DNA of 64,000 nucleotides, taken from positions 5,006 to 69,005 of the forward strand of contig JALWOZ010000008.1 in the NCBI GenBank assembly GCA_027083345.1, in the 5' to 3' direction. Each line of letters starts with the position of its first letter. Within the stretch, counting starts at the first letter, position 1. The stretch is from Candidatus Kaiserbacteria bacterium (GTDB lineage Bacteria > Patescibacteriota > Minisyncoccia > Phycocordibacterales > UBA2100). Below the pieces are notes generated by a model. The model did no database searches and had not been told where the DNA came from. It was given only the letters and a program-made list of their open reading frames with translations. Of the stretch, positions 8,360 to 18,641 are shown one piece after another. The position numbers and the translations under genes were made by a program.

Positions 8360-9508
8360 ATGACACATTCGACAAGCTCAGTACGAGCACAATCAAAAAA
8401 CTCAGCACAAGCTGAAACAAATAAAAATAGTGCCATGAGTGCACTAATAAATAATATCCCAGACTCCCTAACAATTGGAGACACCGTAGAAGGCTCTATA
8501 GTTAATATAGATCGTGGACGAGTGTATATAGACATCCACCCCTATGGTACAGCTATTATATATGGTCGAGAATACCTCTCTGCCAGAGACATGCTGAAGA
8601 ATCTAGGCATCGGCGATACTATAGAAGCCAAAGTTATAATGGTAGAGAATAAAGATGGCTATATAGAAGTCTCTTTAAGGGAGGCTCGCCAAAAACAAAT
8701 ATGGAATGATGCTCTAAAAGCAGTTGAAGAAAAGACTCCTCTAGAGATAGTTGTAAAAGACGCTAATAAAGGAGGCCTTATGGTAGAGTGGGAGGGTATG
8801 ACGGGCTTCTTGCCTGCCTCTCAACTATCTGCTGAGAACTATCCTAAGGTACCAGACGGAGACAAAGATAAGATCTTTATAGAACTTAAGAATCTAATAG
8901 GCAAGACTCTAACCCTAACAATGATAACTGCCGATCCTCAAGAGGGTAAGATAATCTTCTCAGAGAAGTCTACCGGCTCAACTATTAAGAAACCATCTCA
9001 AGACAACCCTATAAAACCGATAGATGAATACAAAGTAGGAGACGAATTAAAAGGTGAAATTACAGGTGTTACAGACTTTGGAGCTTTCGTAAGGGTTGAG
9101 GGTGGCATGGAGGGCTTAGTACACATCTCAGAGATGGATTGGGGATTGGTAGAGAATCCAAAAGAGCTTTATAAGCCTGGAGATGAAATAGATGTAAAGA
9201 TTATAGAGATTAAAGACGGCAAGATCTCATTATCTATAAAAGCCCTTAAAGAAAACCCATGGGAGACGGCTAAAGATAAGTATAAAACAGGAGACAATGT
9301 TAATGCTGTTATAATTAAATACAATCAACATGGTGCTCTTGCCTCTATAGAGGAGGGTGTTGCAGGCCTAGTGCACATCTCAGAATTTGGTGATGAAGAG
9401 AAGATGAAGACAGAGTTAAAACTAGGTATGCCTTATGAGTTTACTATTTCTATATTCGAGCCGGAGAATCGCAAGATGACTCTTGTATATAAGAAAAAAG
9501 AAGAATAA
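8360..9508 (+). CDS. rpsA: 30S ribosomal protein S1 (short, 4 S1-domain form)
   Basis: Repeated S1 OB-fold signatures (GDTVEGSIVNIDRGRVYIDI; GDELKGEITGVTDFGAFVRVEGGMEGLVHISEM; GDNVNAVIIKYNQHGALASIEEGVAGLVHISEF). Confidence 0.85.
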   Translation: MTHSTSSVRAQSKNSAQAETNKNSAMSALINNIPDSLTIGDTVEGSIVNIDRGRVYIDIHPYGTAIIYGREYLSARDMLKNLGIGDTIEAKVIMVENKDGYIEVSLREARQKQIWNDALKAVEEKTPLEIVVKDANKGGLMVEWEGMTGFLPASQLSAENYPKVPDGDKDKIFIELKNLIGKTLTLTMITADPQEGKIIFSEKSTGSTIKKPSQDNPIKPIDEYKVGDELKGEITGVTDFGAFVRVEGGMEGLVHISEMDWGLVENPKELYKPGDEIDVKIIEIKDGKISLSIKALKENPWETAKDKYKTGDNVNAVIIKYNQHGALASIEEGVAGLVHISEFGDEEKMKTELKLGMPYEFTISIFEPENRKMTLVYKKKEE

Positions 9509-9530
9509 TATAAACTCTCAAGTAAGTATT

Positions 9531-9565
9531 AAAAACATCGCAGTCTGCAGACTGCGATGTTTTTA
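9531..9565. terminator. Bidirectional rho-independent terminator (aaaaaCATCGCAGTCTGCAGACTGCGATGttttt)
   Basis: A perfect palindrome is flanked by an A-run and a T-run, between convergent rpsA (+) and pth (-). Confidence 0.8.
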
Positions 9566-10123
9566 ATTAAACTTATTCATTGCACTATCTACTCCATATT
9601 TAACAATCTCCTCCACTACCCTACTTACTCGATCAAATATATTAGATATCTCTTTGCGCTCTAATATACCAAACTTTTTTAATACAAAGCTACTCACCGC
9701 TCTTGACCCTCTAGGTTTGCGCTGTTTACCTAAAAATACTGGGGTAACACCAATACGCACACGGACAAAGTCTTTAGTACCAATTGCCTTTACTATATCC
9801 TCTACGCCTTTTTGCCCGCCTGAGCCACGTGCCTTACTCACTTTTACATCACCAAAAGGTAGGTCTATGTCATCATGTACGACAATCAAGTATTGAGCAT
9901 TCGCTCTACGCTCTTGCTTATCTTTACCAAGAGCCTTAGCCACCGGCCCACCTGAGAGATTCATATAAGTATCCGGTACTAACACCTCCACATTATCAAA
10001 GGTTTCAAATCGTTTTTTAAACCTTCCTACTATATCTTTACCAATATTATGCCGGGTACCTTCATACTCACTACCGGGATTCCCCAATCCAACTATGAGC
10101 CAATTTATACCATTTAGTATCAT
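9563..10123 (-). CDS. pth: Peptidyl-tRNA hydrolase
   Basis: LIVGLGNPGSEYEGTRHNIG...YMNLSGGPV...VVHDDIDLPFGDVKVSKARGSGGQKGVEDI are Pth family motifs. Confidence 0.85.
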   Translation of the reverse strand: MILNGINWLIVGLGNPGSEYEGTRHNIGKDIVGRFKKRFETFDNVEVLVPDTYMNLSGGPVAKALGKDKQERRANAQYLIVVHDDIDLPFGDVKVSKARGSGGQKGVEDIVKAIGTKDFVRVRIGVTPVFLGKQRKPRGSRAVSSFVLKKFGILERKEISNIFDRVSRVVEEIVKYGVDSAMNKFN

Positions 10124-10196
10124 TATTACAGAATATCACACTAGCACACGCATACAAGTTTGGTGTCAAGCTCAGCTTGTAGTATACTACTCTCTA

Positions 10197-10811
10197 ATGA
10201 CAACTTCTCCACAACAATTTACAATTTCTAACGACTCTGACACTAATAATTCTGCCTCATCAAAGACTAACAAATCCTCTACCTTATCTTTATTAATCAC
10301 AGGATTAATCGTATTAGGGATAGTACTATCTTTAAGATTTTATATAGTTAAGCCGTTTATTGTCAGCGGAGTGTCTATGTACCCAACTTTTAACTCATGG
10401 CACTATCTAATTATAGATGAGTTTACATATAACTTTATGAGAGAACCACAACGAGGTGAGGTTATAGTCTTCCACTATCCTAAAAACACTAAAAGATACT
10501 TTATAAAAAGAGTAATTGGCTTACCCGGAGAGACAGTATCTATACACGGCACAAAAGTCAGCATAAACAATTCAGCACCATTAGATGAACCTTACATCGC
10601 CAAAAACAAAGAGAAGATAGACGACATATCTATAAAATTAGCTAATGATGAATACTTTGTAATGGGCGATAATAGAAAGGAGAGTGCGGACTCTCGTTAC
10701 TGGGGTCCTCTTAAACGCAAATTTATAGTAGGCAGAGTATTAACAAGACTATTCCCCTTCTCTAAACTTGGGTGGCTACCTGGCTCTACCACATACGCAT
10801 TAGAGAGATAA
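10197..10811 (+). CDS. lepB: Signal peptidase I
   Basis: GVSMYPTF (catalytic Ser box), KRVIGLPGETV and GDNRKESADSRYWGP. The start was moved to the internal M (MTTSPQQ) to avoid a 5' extension that overlaps pth. Confidence 0.8.
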   Translation: MTTSPQQFTISNDSDTNNSASSKTNKSSTLSLLITGLIVLGIVLSLRFYIVKPFIVSGVSMYPTFNSWHYLIIDEFTYNFMREPQRGEVIVFHYPKNTKRYFIKRVIGLPGETVSIHGTKVSINNSAPLDEPYIAKNKEKIDDISIKLANDEYFVMGDNRKESADSRYWGPLKRKFIVGRVLTRLFPFSKLGWLPGSTTYALER

Positions 10812-10827
10812 AATAACTCATTTATAA

Positions 10828-11970
10828 ATGTTGAACCTTAAAGACATTACTATACGAAATACTAAAGAATTTATTGAAGAAGCCATAAACGCTGCAGATT
10901 CATTTGGCTTCTCAAACTTAGACAATATTCTAAATAAACTACCTTCAAAAAGATTAAAGGCTGCAAATAAAGTTATACATGCCAATCCAAGAGAGAAAAA
11001 CTTCCTAAAAACAGTCCGTAAATTAGCTACAAAAAATACACAAAAAACTAAAGAACACATATTAGGATACAGCATTAACAAAAATAAAGAGTCTGAGAGT
11101 ACCTTTACCCTAAATGTGGCGGGTACGAATAATCCTATATCTGAGGCTACTATCATAGCTACAGCATATACTCTACTAGATAATATAGGGATACCTGATA
11201 CGACAGTACATATAAACTCTCTCGGTACACATGAGTCTTTTACTAGATACATACGCGACTTAACTAAATACTTAAAAAAGATATCTAAAGATACCCCTCT
11301 ACAAGTCCGTGCAGACCTGGCCATATCTCCTTTAAGGGCATACGCTAGATTATGCAATAACAATAAAGACTTAGCCAAAGGTTGTCCCCAAGCAATAGAC
11401 TACTTAAATGATGATGGTCGCTCGCACCTATGGGGCCTATTAGAGTACCTAGAGGGAGCAAGAATACCTTATGTATTAGACAACACTGTAACAGGTAGCG
11501 GGGACTTTTTTGAACATACAATGTTTGAAATCTGGGACGATAAAAAAGACAACTTAATAGCTTATGGCGGTAGACATAATGTATTAAGCAGAAAAGCTTT
11601 CAATAAAAACATACCGATCACCACACTCTCTATAGATATAAACGGTAATGTAAATAAATTTAAACAAATCAAAGAAGACAAAAATCCAACATTTTACTTT
11701 GCTCAACTAGGTAATAATGCAAAAAAATTAGGATTAAAGGTATTACGAGATCTACACAACGCTGGCATAAAGGTTAAACATACAATAACCCATAAAGAGC
11801 TAACTAAACAAATGAGTAACCCCCTAGCCAAACAAGTACCTTTTGTCATTATTATAGGCCAAAAAGAGGCCTTAACAGATTCTGTAATAGTCCGAGATAC
11901 AGCTACCCATAAACAAAAAGTTGTACCAACTAAACAATTGGTGAGGTACTTGAAAAAGTTACAACGATAA
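10828..11970 (+). CDS. Histidyl-tRNA synthetase-like protein lacking catalytic motif 2 (HisRS paralog / pseudo-synthetase) with intact anticodon-binding domain
   Basis: Aligns by eye to HisRS. LNVAGTN occupies the place of LRPEGTA, HINSLG is present, PLRAYARL matches NPLRVLD, GGRHN replaces GGRYD, and the C-terminal HGPT-type anticodon-binding domain is kept (FYFAQLGNN...VPFVIIIGQKE). The ~60-aa motif-2 segment (FRYERPQ.GR) is absent. Confidence 0.55.
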   Translation: MLNLKDITIRNTKEFIEEAINAADSFGFSNLDNILNKLPSKRLKAANKVIHANPREKNFLKTVRKLATKNTQKTKEHILGYSINKNKESESTFTLNVAGTNNPISEATIIATAYTLLDNIGIPDTTVHINSLGTHESFTRYIRDLTKYLKKISKDTPLQVRADLAISPLRAYARLCNNNKDLAKGCPQAIDYLNDDGRSHLWGLLEYLEGARIPYVLDNTVTGSGDFFEHTMFEIWDDKKDNLIAYGGRHNVLSRKAFNKNIPITTLSIDINGNVNKFKQIKEDKNPTFYFAQLGNNAKKLGLKVLRDLHNAGIKVKHTITHKELTKQMSNPLAKQVPFVIIIGQKEALTDSVIVRDTATHKQKVVPTKQLVRYLKKLQR

Positions 11971-11987
11971 GGTAGTATACACACCAT

Positions 11988-12245
11988 ATGACATTAAATG
12001 TAAAAATAGAAAAAGATGGATCTAAGAGCACAGCTCGCATATTAAGTGAGTTTTCTAGAGCTATGTTTGGCACAGGTATAGTGCGCCACTTAAAAATGAA
12101 CAAGCGCTACTTCTCTCGTAATGTATCAGCTCTACAAAAAAAGCAAGCAAAATTGCGTAAGATGGAGAAAGTAGCTAAACTTGAGCAAGACATTAAAGAT
12201 GGCAAAGTACTTATTAACTCTCAAGGCAGAGTAATAAAACGATAA
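11988..12245 (+). CDS. rpsU: 30S ribosomal protein S21 (probable)
   Basis: 85-aa basic protein whose pattern (V.V..KDG....A.R.FSR....GI.....NKRYF...S..QKK.AKLRK) resembles the bS21 family. Confidence 0.5.
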   Translation: MTLNVKIEKDGSKSTARILSEFSRAMFGTGIVRHLKMNKRYFSRNVSALQKKQAKLRKMEKVAKLEQDIKDGKVLINSQGRVIKR

Positions 12246-12274
12246 TTCTTAAAAATCTGTTATAATATAGCTAT

Positions 12275-12655
12275 ATGGTTAGCTGTGTTATACGAAAGAC
12301 AATCCACAAAAGGCACCCGTCGGTGCCTTTTGTGGATATTGCCGATAACATCTTACCTAAAAAATATGAACTCTCTGTAGTTTTAATAGGAGACAATCTG
12401 GGTAAAAAATTAAATAAAAAATATAAAAATCGCAATTACCCAACCAATGTACTCTCTTTCCCCTTAGATAGCGACAATGGTGAGCTTTTCTTAAATATAA
12501 GAAAAGCTGAGAGAGAAGCTAGTAAATTCAACCACAGTAAAAATAAGCATATTATTTACTTATTTATACACGGATGTTTACATTTGGCAGGTTACGAGCA
12601 TGGCAGTATAATGGAGAAACTAGAGCAAAAGTATCTAAAACAATTTATAAAATGA
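12275..12655 (+). CDS. ybeY: rRNA maturation endoribonuclease YbeY
   Basis: HGCLHLAGYEH metal-binding motif near the C-terminus; size ~126 aa. Confidence 0.8.
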   Translation: MVSCVIRKTIHKRHPSVPFVDIADNILPKKYELSVVLIGDNLGKKLNKKYKNRNYPTNVLSFPLDSDNGELFLNIRKAEREASKFNHSKNKHIIYLFIHGCLHLAGYEHGSIMEKLEQKYLKQFIK

Positions 12656-13803
12656 ACAAGAACATAATAACAGGTATAGACTTAGGTACGAATACAATTA
12701 AAATCGTAGTGTCTGAGTTAGATGACAATAACTCAATAAAGATACTTGGAGTTGGTACAAGCAAAGCTGAGGGCTTACGCAATGGTTATATAGTAGACAT
12801 GCCATCTACAGTTAAGAGTATAAGCAGAGCTTTAGACAACGTAGTTAAAAACTCCAGACTCCGCCCTGACAAAGCATATCTATCTATAGGAGGCATAAGC
12901 CTCTCTGGGTTAAATGCAAATGGTACAGCTTACATACGACATAGCGACTCTATTATCACCGAACAAGACTTTAATAACTCTCTCTCTGACGCATCTAAAA
13001 AATTAGCCAATAAACTCACAAATAAAAAAATAATACATGATATACCAATAAAAACCTCAATAGACGACGAAGTGGCTTTGTGTAATCCAATAGGCATGCA
13101 GGGCTCTAAACTAGAGAGTAAGGTATTAATAGTAAACGCTTTAGAGAGTCATATAGATGACTTTGTATCAGCAGTGGAGGACACGGGAGTAGAGGTTGTA
13201 GATGTTACAGCAGCACCTTTAGCGGCTAGCTTCTCCTCTATAACTACACCTCAAAAGATGCAAGGTTGCATGTTATTAGACATAGGTGCTGAGAGTACAG
13301 ATATAATAATCTTTGAAAATAATATGCCTATATTCTTAAAAGTCTTACCTATAGGCTCTAACGATATAACCAATGCCTTAGCAATAGGATTAAAGGTCTC
13401 AATAGAGGAAGCTGAACAAATTAAGAAAGGTTCTCTTGTAGGCACCAAATATACAGAAACCACTATAAACAAGATAATATCCAAAAGTTTAACTAATCTT
13501 TTTCAAGAAATTAAATCTATACTCAGAGAGCTGGACAACAATACCATGCTACCATCTGGTATTTTAATAACAGGTGGAGGATCTAGACTTAATAATATAG
13601 AGGACTTAATTAAAACCAATCTAAAATTACCTACAAAAGTAGTATATGCTGACGAAAAGCAAATCGTAGGCAATCCTGAGTTTACAGTATCATATGGATT
13701 ATGTATCTGGGGAGCTAACAGTGAGAACGCTAGTACAACTATCCAAAAAATGAAAGCATATATGCTAAAAATTGTAACCTGGTTCAAACAATTCTTACCC
13801 TAA
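12652..13803 (+). CDS. ftsA: Cell division protein FtsA (actin-like ATPase)
   Basis: GIDLGTNTIKIVVSEL (phosphate-1), EGLRNGYIVDMPSTVKSISRALDNV, LDIGAESTDIIIF and ILITGGGSRLNNIEDLIKTNLKLPTKV. The start at the internal MNKNII overlaps the ybeY stop by 4 nt. Confidence 0.65.
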   Translation: MNKNIITGIDLGTNTIKIVVSELDDNNSIKILGVGTSKAEGLRNGYIVDMPSTVKSISRALDNVVKNSRLRPDKAYLSIGGISLSGLNANGTAYIRHSDSIITEQDFNNSLSDASKKLANKLTNKKIIHDIPIKTSIDDEVALCNPIGMQGSKLESKVLIVNALESHIDDFVSAVEDTGVEVVDVTAAPLAASFSSITTPQKMQGCMLLDIGAESTDIIIFENNMPIFLKVLPIGSNDITNALAIGLKVSIEEAEQIKKGSLVGTKYTETTINKIISKSLTNLFQEIKSILRELDNNTMLPSGILITGGGSRLNNIEDLIKTNLKLPTKVVYADEKQIVGNPEFTVSYGLCIWGANSENASTTIQKMKAYMLKIVTWFKQFLP

Positions 13804-13818
13804 AAATATTATATAAGA

Positions 13819-15120
13819 TTATTCTCCTGTTTTAAAATACTCTACCGCTCTATCCATTATAGGATCCTCACCCTCTTTAAACTCTTTGATCTTTCTGTCT
13901 TCTAAAATCTTTCTTAAATCTACTTTAATATTAGGCTCTATACCATCAGTACCAATATGCACCCCTCCAGGCAAGAGCCACAAAGCTACAGTTACCTTTA
14001 AAGAAGAATTATCTGTAATATTAACCAACTCTTGCACAGAGCCCTTACCATAAGTGTTTGTACCGATTAATTTAGCTTTTTTATACTCCTTGAGCGCACC
14101 AGACAATATCTCTGATGCTGAGGCAGATCCTTTGTCTACTAAAATAACCATATCTAATTTATTGTTAAATATATCGTAACCTCTACTCCTATGTACAATC
14201 TTCTTACCATTTTTGCCATAATCCTCTGTAACCACAACAGAGCCTTTAGGTAAAAACCAACTGGCAATATCTACTGCGGATCCTAAATACCCTCCCGGAT
14301 TACCTCTCAAATCTAATATGAGTTTATGCTTACCGCTATTTTTAAACTCTAATATTGCTTTCCTAAATAGATCTGCAGAATTAGCACTGAAGTGCATCAA
14401 CTCTATAACAAACTCACCTGTCGGTAAAGTTTTGGTCTCTATGGTTGGTATCTCTATAACACCTCTTTTAACTTTTATATTTAATAATTCCGGCTCACCC
14501 TCTCTAAGTATCTCAAACTCAACTATAGAGTCTTTAGGGCCTCTAATCTTTTTAACAGCAGTATTAATATTTATATTTTTAGTACTAACCCCGTCTATTT
14601 TTAATATTCTATCCTTAGCCTTTATCCCAGCTGTAAATGCAGGAGTACCTTTTAATGGAGATACAACAGTTAAAAGTCCGTCTCTTAATCCTATCTCCAT
14701 ACCCACTCCCTCAAATTCTCCACTTATATCATCTGTAAAAATCTCAGCATCAGAAGGGGGAAAGAATATTGTATAAGGATCATCGGTACTGGCGGCAAGA
14801 CCCTGTGCTAATCCCCAAACTCTTTTTTGGTTAATCTCTTTTTTGGTTAATTTTTCTGTACTTGTAGCACTCACCTCGTGAGAAGGTACGAACTTACTAT
14901 CTAATAAATACCAAACCTTCCAAACAGGGTCAAGATCTATATTTTTTGGAGCACTTGAGTATAAAGAGGCACTCACTTCAGCCGGCAAAATGTTTGAACC
15001 CAATCTATTAGCCCCTACTAACACCCCCAATACAAATGTGAGCAAAATGATCGGGACTACAACAAAAGGGGAGCTCAGAGGGAACTTTGTGCAAACAAAT
15101 TTAATTTTGTCTTTAACCAT
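13819..15120 (-). CDS. ctpA: Carboxyl-terminal processing protease (S41) with PDZ domain
   Basis: LILDLRGNPGGYL and DKGSASASEILSGALKEY motifs; N-terminal TM. Confidence 0.85.
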   Translation of the reverse strand: MVKDKIKFVCTKFPLSSPFVVVPIILLTFVLGVLVGANRLGSNILPAEVSASLYSSAPKNIDLDPVWKVWYLLDSKFVPSHEVSATSTEKLTKKEINQKRVWGLAQGLAASTDDPYTIFFPPSDAEIFTDDISGEFEGVGMEIGLRDGLLTVVSPLKGTPAFTAGIKAKDRILKIDGVSTKNININTAVKKIRGPKDSIVEFEILREGEPELLNIKVKRGVIEIPTIETKTLPTGEFVIELMHFSANSADLFRKAILEFKNSGKHKLILDLRGNPGGYLGSAVDIASWFLPKGSVVVTEDYGKNGKKIVHRSRGYDIFNNKLDMVILVDKGSASASEILSGALKEYKKAKLIGTNTYGKGSVQELVNITDNSSLKVTVALWLLPGGVHIGTDGIEPNIKVDLRKILEDRKIKEFKEGEDPIMDRAVEYFKTGE

Positions 15121-15141
15121 AAGTTTAAGTAGTATACCACA

Positions 15142-16929
15142 TTAATCGTTGCGCAATACCTTCATAAAGGTATCTTGTGGAATATGCACAGAGCCTGTAC
15201 CTCTAGCCAGAGCTGCCTTTTTACCCCTTTTTTGTTTGTCTAGTAATTTATTCTTACGAGTTACATCTCCTCCATACAATTTAGCAGTAACATCTTTACG
15301 CATGGCACTCTTGCGTCTACTAGCTATTATATTACCACCAGCTTTAGCTTGTATCTTTAAAACAAATTGCTGTCTAGGTAGCACCTCTTCTAACTTCTCT
15401 ACCATCTTATCTCCCTCCTCTCTTGCTCTACGTCTAGAGACTATACGAGTAAATGCCGGGCTCACCTCCTCTGCAATAAGAATATCTAATCTTGTAACAT
15501 TAGCATCTCGCATACCTATGGGTTTATAACTCAACGAAGCAAAGCCACTTGACACATTTTTTAATCTATCAAAAAAGTTCCTCATCATCTCTCGTAAAGC
15601 CATCTCCGCCACAAGCTCAGTACGACCATCTGGCATAGTGTTAGTGTCTACAACATCTGCCTCATGTTCGTGTAATAATTGCATAACTCCACTTATGTAA
15701 TCTGACGGCACTAATATACTCAAACTAACCCAAGACTCTCGTACGCTACTGTATTGATTATCATCTGGGAATTTTATAGGTGAATATATATTTTCAATTT
15801 TACCGTCCTTATGGGTTACCTCATACACTGTTGTAGGCATTGTTACAACAAGATCGAGATTAAACTCCCGCCGCAAACGTTCTGTAATAATCTCCATATG
15901 TAACATACCTAAAAAGCCACATCTAAACCCTCTACCAAGAGTACCGCTAGCCTCTTCTTCATATGACAATGACGAGTCCATAAGGCGCAACCTCTCTAGG
16001 CTTTGTCTAAGACTTGCTAGATCATCTTGGCTCTCAGGGTAGACACTCGCCCATATCACTGGGTCCGGTTCGCTATAACCCCCTAAAGGCTGCACAGAGC
16101 CTTTGGGAGACAAGACTGAGTCTCCAACATTTACTATTCCAGGCTTTTTAATACCTGTTACTATATAGCCTATCTCTCCAGCCCTTAACGATCCTCTTGG
16201 AGTCTCTTGTGGAGTAAACACTCCAACCTCGTTAGCCTTAAAACTCTCTTTAGACACCCCGAACTTTAACGAGTCTGACTTTTTAATCTCTCCATCCATA
16301 ACTCGTACAAAAAGTACAATACCTCTATGATCGGAATATTTGAAGTCAAATATCAGAGCTCTCGGATCATTAACTGTAGTGTCAGGTGAAGGCACGCTAC
16401 TAACAATAACGTCAAGTAACTCCTTAACTCCTTCCCCTGTTTTACCTGAGACTAAAAATATATCCTCTTCTTCTACTCCCAAAGTAATAGCAACCTCCAT
16501 ACGCACTTCATCTACTCTGGCTAAAGGAGAGTCTATTTTAGACAAAGCCGGTATAATGGTTAATCCCAACTTCTTAGCTATAGACAACGTACTCATTGTC
16601 TGTGCCTCTATACCTTGTGTAGAATCTACTAATAAGATAGCCCCCTCTATGGCACTAAGCGCCCTAGAAACCTCATAGGCAAAGTCTATATGACCAGGGG
16701 TGTCTATTAGATTTAGTACATGCTCTCTCCAGTTCATACGAACAGGTTGCATCTTAATAGTAATGCCACGCTCTCTCTCAAGCTCCATAGAATCTAGCAC
16801 TTGATCTTGCATATTACGTGCCTCCACCGTATTGGTAATCTCTAACATTCTATCAGAAAGGGTGCTCTTACCATGATCAATATGGGCGATAATTGCAAAA
16901 TTCCTTATTTTTTGTATTTCTTTATCCAT
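15142..16929 (-). CDS. lepA: Elongation factor 4 (LepA)
   Basis: IRNFAIIAHIDHGKSTL G1 motif, DTPGHIDF, and the full-length LepA-specific C-terminal region. Confidence 0.9.
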   Translation of the reverse strand: MDKEIQKIRNFAIIAHIDHGKSTLSDRMLEITNTVEARNMQDQVLDSMELERERGITIKMQPVRMNWREHVLNLIDTPGHIDFAYEVSRALSAIEGAILLVDSTQGIEAQTMSTLSIAKKLGLTIIPALSKIDSPLARVDEVRMEVAITLGVEEEDIFLVSGKTGEGVKELLDVIVSSVPSPDTTVNDPRALIFDFKYSDHRGIVLFVRVMDGEIKKSDSLKFGVSKESFKANEVGVFTPQETPRGSLRAGEIGYIVTGIKKPGIVNVGDSVLSPKGSVQPLGGYSEPDPVIWASVYPESQDDLASLRQSLERLRLMDSSLSYEEEASGTLGRGFRCGFLGMLHMEIITERLRREFNLDLVVTMPTTVYEVTHKDGKIENIYSPIKFPDDNQYSSVRESWVSLSILVPSDYISGVMQLLHEHEADVVDTNTMPDGRTELVAEMALREMMRNFFDRLKNVSSGFASLSYKPIGMRDANVTRLDILIAEEVSPAFTRIVSRRRAREEGDKMVEKLEEVLPRQQFVLKIQAKAGGNIIASRRKSAMRKDVTAKLYGGDVTRKNKLLDKQKRGKKAALARGTGSVHIPQDTFMKVLRND

Positions 16930-16941
16930 AACATCACTTTA

Positions 16942-18621
16942 CTAATTTAATTCAGTATCTGCAATAACCTTTTTAGTCTTCCATACCCTGTGATGTAAAA
17001 CTCTCCAAACAGTACGAATCTCACCATTACCTATGATAACCAATGCTACCACTCCTAATATTACCCCGATCAACCCAGCTAGAGCTCCTTGTATAAATAC
17101 CTCCAAAAGAGTATTAATCGTTACTATACCTGAAGCTGTTATGCCTTGCAAAACAAGATATGCTGTAATACCTATAACAAACGAACCAACCAAACTCTCT
17201 AATAATGTACGTATCACTGCTCTTAAATTATTACATTTAAAATCATACATAAATAACATAAAAAATAATAAGGCTGTAACTATGCTAGACAAACTATATG
17301 CCATAGGCAACATCAATACAGTAGTATTCCCTACATCTAGAGTCCTTGTAATAGCTTCTAAGAAGTCTCGCCAATATTGGCTACTAGCATAAAATTTGCT
17401 TAACACAATTGCAAAAAAGATAGTCATACCTGCAGATAAAATACTGAGTATCTGAGGTTTTATAGTACGACCTGACGCATAATATCCACGTATAAGTAAT
17501 AAAACCAGACCTTGTGATACCAAGCTTAAAACAAACAACGCAAGTGCAGCCGCAGTTAAACGTGTGTCTGACCAATCAAAAGCACCAGAACCATATATAA
17601 CCCTAACTATCTGTGCTCGTAAAACAATTACTAAAGCCATTATTGGTAAAGACCAAAATATAATATGTCGAGAGGCTGTTATTATTTGCTTTACAAAACC
17701 ATCAAAATCCTTGTTTGCAAATAACTTAGACAACACAGGGAAGGCCGCAGTAGAATAACTAACGGCAACAATAGAGAGTGGGGCTGCTTGCAAATTAAAA
17801 GCCAAATTAAATACAGATATAGAGCCCTCACTCATCGCACCTGCCATAATAATCAACATGAGTAAAGTAACTTGATTAGCGGACAAAGCTATGGTTCTTG
17901 GTATGGATACAGCCATAACTTTAACAGCATCTTGCAAAACAGTTATATGGAAGTTCTTTCCAAATCCCAACGAGTAAAAACTGGGCAATTGTATAGCAAC
18001 ATGCATCAAAGCCCCCAACACAACACCTATAGCCAAACCATAAATCCCAAACATAGGGACTAGCCAAACTATACCTATTATAATACCTAAATTATACAAA
18101 ACAGGAGCTAACGCATATATAAAATACTTACCATAATATTGCACTACACTAGATATTATACTAGAGAGCCCCAATATGATGGGTTGGAGCAACAAGATGT
18201 GTACCATCTTTATCAATATCTCCCCATAACCCCTTATAACCATCTCTGTGAAAAACCTATCCATTATGAAAGGGGTGAATAAATACATAATAAAACTCAC
18301 CATAAATAAAAGAGCACCAAAAACAAAAAGAAGAGTATGCACAAACTCTTGTCTCGCTTTATCACTCTCTTTATTTGATAAAAAAGGTATCAAAATGAAA
18401 ACAGAAACCATAGAGGCCACAACTGTGTACACCAAATCCGGAACCCTGAAGGCGGCGTAATATATATCAAGGTCAACCCCTGCACCAAAACTATAAGCCA
18501 ATAGTTTATCTCTTAAAAGAGCCAATATCGTAGAAAATAGGGCAAAACCAGCCAAGAGATACGCAGCATCATGTATGTTGCGTATCTCTCTATTTAACCT
18601 TTTTATAGCCTTACTAATCAT
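16942..18621 (-). CDS. murJ: Lipid II flippase MurJ (MviN)
   Basis: N-terminal ...RDKLLAYSFGAGVDLDIYYAAFRVPDLVY..., ~14 TM helices, 559 aa. Confidence 0.8.
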   Translation of the reverse strand: MISKAIKRLNREIRNIHDAAYLLAGFALFSTILALLRDKLLAYSFGAGVDLDIYYAAFRVPDLVYTVVASMVSVFILIPFLSNKESDKARQEFVHTLLFVFGALLFMVSFIMYLFTPFIMDRFFTEMVIRGYGEILIKMVHILLLQPIILGLSSIISSVVQYYGKYFIYALAPVLYNLGIIIGIVWLVPMFGIYGLAIGVVLGALMHVAIQLPSFYSLGFGKNFHITVLQDAVKVMAVSIPRTIALSANQVTLLMLIIMAGAMSEGSISVFNLAFNLQAAPLSIVAVSYSTAAFPVLSKLFANKDFDGFVKQIITASRHIIFWSLPIMALVIVLRAQIVRVIYGSGAFDWSDTRLTAAALALFVLSLVSQGLVLLLIRGYYASGRTIKPQILSILSAGMTIFFAIVLSKFYASSQYWRDFLEAITRTLDVGNTTVLMLPMAYSLSSIVTALLFFMLFMYDFKCNNLRAVIRTLLESLVGSFVIGITAYLVLQGITASGIVTINTLLEVFIQGALAGLIGVILGVVALVIIGNGEIRTVWRVLHHRVWKTKKVIADTELN

Positions 18622-18641
18622 TACTGCGCAGTATAGCTATT

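Noticed and set aside
10095-10196. N-terminal extension of the signal peptidase ORF (MSQFIPFSIIITEYH...)
   Set aside because: It overlaps the 5' end of pth on the opposite strand. The conserved SPase I domain begins after the internal Met at 10197.
12574-12651. Upstream extension of ftsA ORF (MFTFGRLRAWQYNGETRAKVSKTIYK)
   Set aside because: It lies inside the 3' end of ybeY (different frame). The FtsA homology starts at MNKNIITGIDLG.
15149-15529. 126-aa + ORF and other 60-150 aa ORFs antisense to lepA, murJ, integrase, traD-like and the giant adhesin
   Set aside because: All are embedded in the opposite strand of well-supported genes and lack motifs. Treated as spurious.
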